Below are positions 57,406 to 64,000 of a stretch of DNA of 64,000 bases, in pieces. The DNA comes from Verrucomicrobiia bacterium. Its GTDB lineage: Bacteria > Verrucomicrobiota > Verrucomicrobiia > Palsa-1439. Numbering within the stretch: position 1 is the stretch's first letter; each line of letters starts with the position of its first letter. Below the pieces are notes generated by a model, which worked only from the letters and a program-made list of their open reading frames with translations, was not told the origin of the DNA and made no database searches. The stretch is taken from contig JBKQMH010000188.1 in NCBI GenBank assembly GCA_052146795.1, positions 2,996-66,995 of the forward strand. Reading direction: 5' to 3'. Made by a program: the position numbers and the translations under genes.

Positions 57406-57767
57406 ATGAAATCAAAGCTTATCGTGGCGCTGGTTTACGTCACGCGCGACGTCGTGGATGTGTTCAAGGTCGGGAGGCAGTTGTTCACGCGTGTCGGGCC
57501 GCAAATCGTCGAATCCTTCCATGGAACGGGGCAAGGAATGTTTTCTCAATTTGAAGTTCCGTGACATTCTCAGCACGGTGGAGCTCCCCTCAGCGTCCCG
57601 CGAAGACCGAGTTGGGTGATCAACGACGCGCGATAACGCCCGCCGAAGCCATCATCGCGGGCGCCGACTACGTTGTTGTGGGAAGGCCTATTATTGCGGC
57701 AAAGAATCCCGCCCACGCAGCGCGGAGAATCGCTAAGGAAATCGTATTCGCGGCGGGCGCGGGCTAG
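57406..57767 (+). pseudogene. pyrF: Orotidine-5'-phosphate decarboxylase remnant (frameshifted, large internal deletions)
   Basis: KLIVAL..FKVG.QLF, then frameshifted FLNLKFRDI (from DLKxHDI); C-terminal [21 protein letters not shown]; only about half of normal length. Confidence 0.85.
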
Positions 57768-58009
57768 CTTGTGCGGACACGCAACTGAAACACGCCTTTC
57801 TTGATTTCAGTGATGTCGTTCATCATCTGGTCTTGATTCTTCAGGATTTGGTCCTGGTTCTTCAGGATCTGATCGTTCGAGTCCAGAAGTTTCTGGATGC
57901 GCGAGTCGGGTGGCAGTGGTTTGTTGTCGGGTTGCGCCTGGACCATGAGAAGACTACCTGCGACAAGTCCCACCGCGAGAGCCAGGATGGCGACGAATTT
58001 TGTATTCAT
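57764..58009 (-). CDS. Small secreted coiled-coil protein
   Basis: Signal peptide, tandem DQILKN(Q) heptads; GGAGG RBS. Confidence 0.65.
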   Translation of the reverse strand: MNTKFVAILALAVGLVAGSLLMVQAQPDNKPLPPDSRIQKLLDSNDQILKNQDQILKNQDQMMNDITEIKKGVFQLRVRTS

Positions 58010-58042
58010 CGGTGACGTTCCTCCGCTGTTTGTTTCGTTCGG

Positions 58043-58273
58043 TTACTGCAACAGTTCCAACAACTTGTGTTCCCGTACAAAATGGCGGGCAATCTGCTTG
58101 CCGTCAAGCAGGATGACGGGGATATCATTGCGGTAGCGCTCGAAAAGTTCTGGATTCTGTGAAATGTCGATTACCTCCAATGCGAAATCGACCTTCTTCC
58201 GACAACGCTCGACGACGTCCTTGGCGAGGTCACACAGATGGCAATCGGGTTTGGAATAAATGGTGATGGTCAT
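58043..58273 (-). CDS. Glutaredoxin-like protein (DUF836)
   Basis: YSKPDCHLC, RYRNDIPV. Confidence 0.88.
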   Translation of the reverse strand: MTITIYSKPDCHLCDLAKDVVERCRKKVDFALEVIDISQNPELFERYRNDIPVILLDGKQIARHFVREHKLLELLQ

Positions 58274-58363
58274 GAAGTTCTGCGCAAGAGCCCACGTGAC
58301 TGCCCTGCCCGGCCGGCCTCACAACGACAATCACCCTTTGCGGACGGGGGAACCCGGAACGAT

Positions 58364-59830
58364 TCAGTACCGGTAATGTTCCGGCTTGTAGGGTCCTTCG
58401 ACCGGCACGCCGAGGTACTCAGCCTGCTTCTTCGTGAGTTTCGTGAGCTTGACGCCAATTTTTTCCAGATGCAGACGAGCGACTTCCTCGTCGAGTTTCT
58501 TCGGGAGACGGTAGACGCCAACTTTGTTCGTGTCCTTTTTCTTCCACAAATCCAACTGGGCCAGGCACTGATTGGTAAAACTGTTGGACATCACGAAACT
58601 GGGATGGCCGGTGGCGCAACCGAGGTTCACGAGACGGCCTTCGGCCAGCAGGTAGATGCTATGGCCGTCGGCGAAGGTGTACTTGTCCACCTGTGGTTTG
58701 ATGTTGAGCTTCGTGACATCCTTCGCGGTGCTGAGGCGGTTCACCTGAATCTCGTTGTCGAAGTGGCCGATGTTGCAAACGATGGCTTGGTCTTTCATCT
58801 TCGCCATGTGTTCGAAGGTGATGATGTCGCAGTTGCCGGTTGTCGTGACGTAAATATCACCCTCGCCGAGCGTGTCCTCGACGGTCGTAATTTGAAATCC
58901 CTCCATTGCCGCCTGCAAGGCGTTGATCGGGTCGATCTCGGTGACAATCACGCGGGCGCCAAAACCCCGCAATGAATGCGCGCTGCCCTTGCCCACGTCG
59001 CCGTAACCGCACACCACGGCGACCTTGCCGGCGACCATCACGTCAGTCGCGCGTTTGATGCCATCGGCCAGTGATTCGCGGCAGCCGTAGAGGTTGTCGA
59101 ACTTCGACTTCGTGACCGAATCATTGACGTTGATCGCCGGCACAAGCAGTTTGCCGGCTTCGAGCATCTGGTAGAGACGATGCACGCCGGTGGTGGTCTC
59201 TTCGGAGACACCCTTCCAATCCTTCACAATCGTATGCCAGAAACCCGGTCGCTGCTTGTGCACGCGCTTGAGGAGGTTTTTGATGACCTGCTCCTCGTGG
59301 CTCGCGCTGGTGGTGTTGACCCAATCGCTGCCGTCTTCCAGTTCGTAGCCTTTATGAATCAACAAGGTCGCATCGCCGCCATCGTCCACGACGAGTTGCG
59401 GGCCGAGATTGCCGGGATGCGTGAGCGCGTCAAGCGTGCAATCCCAATATTGCTCGAGTGTCTCGCCCTTCCACGCGAAGACGGGAATCCCCGCTTTCGC
59501 AATTGCGGCGGCAGCGTGGTCTTGGGTGGAGAAGATGTTGCAGCTGGCCCAGCGCACCGACGCGCCGAGTTCGCCCAGCGTTTCAATGAGGATCGCCGTC
59601 TCGATGGTCATGTGCAACGAGCCGGTGATGCGCACGCCGTTGAGCGGCTTCGACGGGCCGTATTTGGCGCGGATGGCCATGAGGCCGGGCATCTCGTGTT
59701 CGGAGACCTGAATGGTCTTCCGTCCCCACTCGGCCAGCGAGAGATCGCGCACCTTGAAGTCGCCTTTGGTGCCGTTGCCGGTGGCCTTGGTGAGTTTCGT
59801 ACGCGAGGGAGGAAGTTTGATGGTTGCCAT
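58364..59830 (-). CDS. ahcY: Adenosylhomocysteinase
   Basis: [44 protein letters not shown]. Confidence 0.98.
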   Translation of the reverse strand: MATIKLPPSRTKLTKATGNGTKGDFKVRDLSLAEWGRKTIQVSEHEMPGLMAIRAKYGPSKPLNGVRITGSLHMTIETAILIETLGELGASVRWASCNIFSTQDHAAAAIAKAGIPVFAWKGETLEQYWDCTLDALTHPGNLGPQLVVDDGGDATLLIHKGYELEDGSDWVNTTSASHEEQVIKNLLKRVHKQRPGFWHTIVKDWKGVSEETTTGVHRLYQMLEAGKLLVPAINVNDSVTKSKFDNLYGCRESLADGIKRATDVMVAGKVAVVCGYGDVGKGSAHSLRGFGARVIVTEIDPINALQAAMEGFQITTVEDTLGEGDIYVTTTGNCDIITFEHMAKMKDQAIVCNIGHFDNEIQVNRLSTAKDVTKLNIKPQVDKYTFADGHSIYLLAEGRLVNLGCATGHPSFVMSNSFTNQCLAQLDLWKKKDTNKVGVYRLPKKLDEEVARLHLEKIGVKLTKLTKKQAEYLGVPVEGPYKPEHYRY

Positions 59831-59905
59831 GGCTGCTTTGTCGTCGCAATTGCTAGTTCACGTACCTCTGAGAGTCAGGAAACATACAGGCCGAAGGGCA
59901 CCAAA

Positions 59906-61237
59906 TCAACGAAATACCCGTCGATTTTGTTGATCGATTGGTGTGCCAAAATAACCCTCCCACGCCATGGCCAGGATGTCGTCGGTCAACGTAAGGTCTT
60001 GATGCTCAAAGCGACACAAGTCCGCTGCCCGAAGGATCAAATCGCGCGGATCGCAGGCGTTTGGCGAACGTCCCTCAGCTTTGTATCGCTTCACAAGCTG
60101 CTCGATGGATCGCTCCTCCACAGACAACGCGAAGTCGGCGGCGGTGCGGCGGAAGATCTCCGTATAGACTGGCCAAGTCGGACGGGAAATTGTCATCCGA
60201 TACCCCATGCGTCGCATAAATGCTTCGTCCACCAAATCGGCATCCGCCAGGTTGGTAGCGAACACGATGATCTGCTCGAAGGGAATGTCGATTTTCTTGC
60301 CGGTGGTCAGGGTCAGCGAATCGACCCGATTCTCCAGTGGAATGATCCAGCGGTTCAACAATTGTTGCGCGGAGCAACGTTGCCGCCCGAAATCATCGAC
60401 CAACAGCACGCCGCCATTGGCCTTGAGCTGGAATGGCGCTTCATAAAACCGCGGGGTCTCCGTTGCCGTCAGGTCCAGGCTCTCGATGGTCAGCTCGCCG
60501 CCCACGACCAGCAACGGCGGTCGAATTTTCACCCAGCGGCGGTCAAAACTGTCTTCCCCATGTTGGATTGCATGGTGCACAAGCTTGTCGAACACGCGGA
60601 TGACCTGCCCGTCCACTTCGATGGCGTAGGGGATCCAGAGCGGTTCGGCGATTGCATCGACCAACGCACGGGCCATGGCGGTTTTCCCGTTGCCCGGCGG
60701 TCCGCTCAGAAACAGGCTGCGCCCGGAGCTAACCACGACGCCAAGCGTCCGTTTGACCTGGTTGGGTAACACCAAGTGCGACAACGTTTTTTCCAGCGCC
60801 TCCTTGGCGACTGGGGCGCGGCTGCGCATCTGATCCACGATCATCTTGCTGTACAGTTCCAGCGTGACGGGAGACGGGCCGACATAGCTGCAAATGGCCA
60901 TCAATTGGGAAACCCTGGCCCAGCCTCGTTCCAACATCGCATACCGATTGTTGTGCAGCGCGATGCTGCCCTTCACCTCGATCAGGTGTTCGCGATACAA
61001 TTGCTGAAGAACGGTGTCGGTGATCAGTAATCCAAGTTTGATGCGCTCGCTGACGCTGGCGGTCGTCCCGGTTGCGTCGATTGACAAGGCCTTCAATGCC
61101 AGATCGGTTACAAACCGAAGACTCAAATCCAATTGGTCGGGCGTCTCGGGAAACGGCAGGGTGATCCGCCGGCCCAATGGCGCGACTTCTGTAACACCCG
61201 ACAATCCGGCGTGCGTTTGTTCCCGTATGTTCGGCAC
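59906..61237 (-). CDS. AAA+ ATPase of unknown function
   Basis: GPPGNGKT, KANGGVLLVDDFGRQ, LLNRWIIPLE, FATNL, DEAFMRR. Confidence 0.85.
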   Translation of the reverse strand: MPNIREQTHAGLSGVTEVAPLGRRITLPFPETPDQLDLSLRFVTDLALKALSIDATGTTASVSERIKLGLLITDTVLQQLYREHLIEVKGSIALHNNRYAMLERGWARVSQLMAICSYVGPSPVTLELYSKMIVDQMRSRAPVAKEALEKTLSHLVLPNQVKRTLGVVVSSGRSLFLSGPPGNGKTAMARALVDAIAEPLWIPYAIEVDGQVIRVFDKLVHHAIQHGEDSFDRRWVKIRPPLLVVGGELTIESLDLTATETPRFYEAPFQLKANGGVLLVDDFGRQRCSAQQLLNRWIIPLENRVDSLTLTTGKKIDIPFEQIIVFATNLADADLVDEAFMRRMGYRMTISRPTWPVYTEIFRRTAADFALSVEERSIEQLVKRYKAEGRSPNACDPRDLILRAADLCRFEHQDLTLTDDILAMAWEGYFGTPIDQQNRRVFR

Positions 61238-61305
61238 CAGCCCTTCTTATCACAGGGCTAGCTCGCGTGCGAGTAGTTTTGCGGTGGGTGGAGCGGTCTG
61301 GAACG

Positions 61306-64000
61306 CTACGGCACCAACCACACCCGGTAAAAGAGGAGGGGATTGTTGGTGGCAGCGCCGTAATCGGTCTGGTTCGTGGGTGAGCCGGTGCCGAGGGTGA
61401 TGGAACCGACATTGTTCCAGGTACTGTTGGTGCCAGGAGCGCCACTGCTCTGGAGTTGATTGGTCTTGTTCGGCTCCGTCGTCCACGTGATCTGGACGTC
61501 ACTGCCGACGATGCTGATGTTCGTGATGCGGAAGGCGGTGCTCGGATCGAGCGGGTCGGTGCCCGCCAGATAGTCCTGCAAATTGGAAAAGCCAGACCCA
61601 TCCGCGTCATCGCTGGCCAGCGAATTGTCGTTGGACTGGCCGGTGGGGTGATTGAAGTAGCCGAGCATCCACCAATCCGGGATGCCGTCGCCATCGCTGT
61701 CGAGATCGCCAATCTTGCGAACCTGGATACCGGAGGCGCGAGCATTGTCGGCGGCGCCGGGCACAAAGTCCATATCAACTTGCGCGTTGTTGACGGCGGC
61801 GGTGAACACGAGAGTGATGGGGATATTCATGCCACCGGCAGCGGCAAAGATATCGAAGTTGGTGAGCACCTGTTGGCCTTGGATGAACAAATTAAACTCA
61901 CGCTTGCCGTTGGTGCTCCAGTACGTCTCGGCTTCGAGCAACTGGATTTCATACATGCCTTCGGGACAATCGAAGAGATAACTGAAGCTGCCGCCGGAGC
62001 TGTAGCGTTCCCATTGATACAGACGGTACGCATTTGAACAAATGCCCGTGATCGCATTGTTGACGAAGCCGGTGAGGCTGTCGCCCGTATAACCAAAGGA
62101 ATTGAAGTTGTAGGTCTGATCTTTCACCCACACGTTGGCGGTGCAGTCGGTGACCGTGTACGGGTCGCCGGGGCTGATGCGGGTGAGGTAAGCACCCGGC
62201 ACATTGAAGACGTTGACCGTGACCGACGGGATGGTCGACACGTTGCCCGACGTGTCGGTCGCCTGAGCATAAATGGTGTGCAGACCGTTGAGCATGTTCT
62301 GTGTGTTGAGTGAGAAGGACCAACTGGTGGTGCCCGAGGCGGTGATCCAAGCGCCATTGTCGATACTGAACTGCACGCTGGCGACAGCGACATTGTCGGA
62401 CGCAGTGCCCGAAATCACGAGTGTCCCCACGACCGTGGCACCATTCGTGGGGGTGTCAATTGACACCGTCGGTGGCGTCAGATCCACCGCCGTGTTGGTA
62501 GAGGTCACGAAATAGGTATCGAACGCCCCATACAGCGAGTTGCTGGTAACAGAGTCCATCGCGTTCGTGCCCAGATGGACCAGGTTTGTCGTCGAAGGTG
62601 ACCAGCCGCCGCTGGGTGTGAACGTCATGGTGTCCTGCAACGCGTCCCACGTGAACGAGCCGTCTATCGGCGGTGTGCTCGGGGAGGCTTGCGCCGAGCA
62701 TACGGTGAGCGACCCAGCGCTGATGCACACACACGTCGCGGGCGTGACCGAGAACGCCGCCTGCACTGAGTTAGTATTCATCGGTTTGCTGAAGCGCAGC
62801 ACGAAGGACGCCGCGATGGACACGTTGGTCGCCGCATGTGACGGGATCTGATTGGTGATCACGGGATCAAGCGGCAGCACCAGCGACTGGGCGATATAGA
62901 TCTTGGCGGTCATGCTCGGCACGGTGATCGGTGGCGTGGCGTTGGTGCCAGCGGAAGTTGTCACGACAATGGTGTCGTTGGTGTTGAGCAGGTTGACGAG
63001 CACGGTGCCGGGAGCATAGGTGGTGGGGCGATTCGTCAACGTCTGGCTGGAGCTGGCAGTGTTGAAGCAGACAAAAACCTCCTCGTTGCTCAGGACGCGA
63101 GAGTAGGCAAACAGACCTGGACCGCTGGGGTTGTTCCACAGATTGTTGTGCACGCCTGTGCACAATGCGGGATAGAGACGTCGGAAGTTGTTGAGTTTGG
63201 CCACCTGCTGAAACAGCGGCTGGGTCTCGTTGAAGTTGTCGCCCACGGAGGGAGAATCTGGTTGCCATCCCCCCGCGAACATGTCTTCGCGGTCATCGTT
63301 GTTGTTGCCGTCGCCTTCGAATCCCTGCTCGGTGCCGTAGTACAGGCACGGAATCCCGCGCGACGTATACAGGAACTGCAACGCGACGGTGAGGCGGTTG
63401 GTGGTAGCGCCACTGTTGCTAAGGAAGCGCGGCTGGTCGTGATTGTCGAGGAACGTGACCAGGCGATACCAGGAGTTGGAATCGTAATACGTGGCGATGT
63501 TATCGTAGTGGGACTCGATCTGCTGCGTGTTTCCCGACGCTGTGGCAAAGACCGAGTTGATGCAGTTGTAATACAACGCGTAGTCCAGTGTCGCATCGAA
63601 TTTGAAAGCCCCGCCGCCTTCGGTCCCTGTGTAGGAACCGATCTGCTGTTCGTTGCCGCTGTCGGCCTCGCAAAACATGAAGAAATTGGACTTGCCCATC
63701 GAGGTGCCGGACTGGTGAAGCTGCGGGCACCAGTACTGCCAGAAGCCGTAGTCCACTTCGATCGCCGTGTCCACGCGGAACGCATCGAAGTCGGCGATCC
63801 CAACCCAGTTGGTATAAATGTTCATCAGGTTCGTTTGGACGTAGGTGGTCTCAGTCCGCAAATCGTCCAGGCCGTCGAGTTCCCCTAACACGTCCTCATT
63901 GGTGTCTGTGGGATAATTGAAACACGTACCGCAGATATCGCCATTCGTGTGAAAAATGGTTGAGAGCTGCGGCGGGGAAACATTTGTGGGGTTAAATGGG
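61306..64000 (-). CDS. Secreted GH13 alpha-amylase-family enzyme with Ig-like, malectin and C-terminal surface module; N-terminus outside window
   Basis: DAFRVDT, FLDNHD, GIPCLYYGTEQ; Ig-like LRFSKPMN; malectin (REFNLFIQG..FDIFAAAGG); DSDGDGIPDWW...YLAGTDP...FYRV. Confidence 0.9.
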   Translation of the reverse strand, partial: PFNPTNVSPPQLSTIFHTNGDICGTCFNYPTDTNEDVLGELDGLDDLRTETTYVQTNLMNIYTNWVGIADFDAFRVDTAIEVDYGFWQYWCPQLHQSGTSMGKSNFFMFCEADSGNEQQIGSYTGTEGGGAFKFDATLDYALYYNCINSVFATASGNTQQIESHYDNIATYYDSNSWYRLVTFLDNHDQPRFLSNSGATTNRLTVALQFLYTSRGIPCLYYGTEQGFEGDGNNNDDREDMFAGGWQPDSPSVGDNFNETQPLFQQVAKLNNFRRLYPALCTGVHNNLWNNPSGPGLFAYSRVLSNEEVFVCFNTASSSQTLTNRPTTYAPGTVLVNLLNTNDTIVVTTSAGTNATPPITVPSMTAKIYIAQSLVLPLDPVITNQIPSHAATNVSIAASFVLRFSKPMNTNSVQAAFSVTPATCVCISAGSLTVCSAQASPSTPPIDGSFTWDALQDTMTFTPSGGWSPSTTNLVHLGTNAMDSVTSNSLYGAFDTYFVTSTNTAVDLTPPTVSIDTPTNGATVVGTLVISGTASDNVAVASVQFSIDNGAWITASGTTSWSFSLNTQNMLNGLHTIYAQATDTSGNVSTIPSVTVNVFNVPGAYLTRISPGDPYTVTDCTANVWVKDQTYNFNSFGYTGDSLTGFVNNAITGICSNAYRLYQWERYSSGGSFSYLFDCPEGMYEIQLLEAETYWSTNGKREFNLFIQGQQVLTNFDIFAAAGGMNIPITLVFTAAVNNAQVDMDFVPGAADNARASGIQVRKIGDLDSDGDGIPDWWMLGYFNHPTGQSNDNSLASDDADGSGFSNLQDYLAGTDPLDPSTAFRITNISIVGSDVQITWTTEPNKTNQLQSSGAPGTNSTWNNVGSITLGTGSPTNQTDYGAATNNPLLFYRVWLVP

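Noticed and set aside
59831-59905. SAH/SAM riboswitch upstream of ahcY
   Set aside because: Only 75 nt intergenic, and I could not find the conserved GAGGAGCG...CCAGGCUC core.
20461-60769. Long antisense/alternate-frame ORFs (e.g. 20461-21627, 28788-30083, 59180-60769)
   Set aside because: Shadow ORFs expected in high-GC coding DNA opposite well-supported genes.

Overview
GC-rich bacterial chromosomal segment. Gene content and style (DUF2723, MglA/MglB next to PilB, TadE/TadG, a DGDGIPDWW-type C-terminal module) suggest Verrucomicrobiota or another PVC lineage; this is inference. Housekeeping blocks: partial fabF, rdgB, hisF-hisI-trpE, trmB, ispE-tRNA-Gln and ahcY. There is a GDP-heptose plus polyprenyl-phosphate/GT-C glycosylation operon (4.8-15.7 kb), a YtrA-type ABC operon, and a pilus/polarity region (tadE/E/G; mglB-mglA-HhH/roadblock protein; pilB) with three sigma54-type promoters. 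Three accessory structures stand out. (1) 15.7-19.4 kb: an integrase-less array of integron-type cassettes with attC cores, punctuated by three copies of a ~65-75 bp attI/promoter-like leader. (2) 32.7-33.4 kb: a non-coding stretch with a promoter, an rrn-type boxA, GTAG REP hairpins and AAACRAAGCCAATT repeats. (3) 35.5-43.9 kb: an ~8.4 kb integrative element inserted in tRNA-Phe in the 5'-replacement orientation, so the intact tRNA lies directly behind the integrase gene, cut off from its native promoter. All product calls come from motif recognition by eye; no searches were run.
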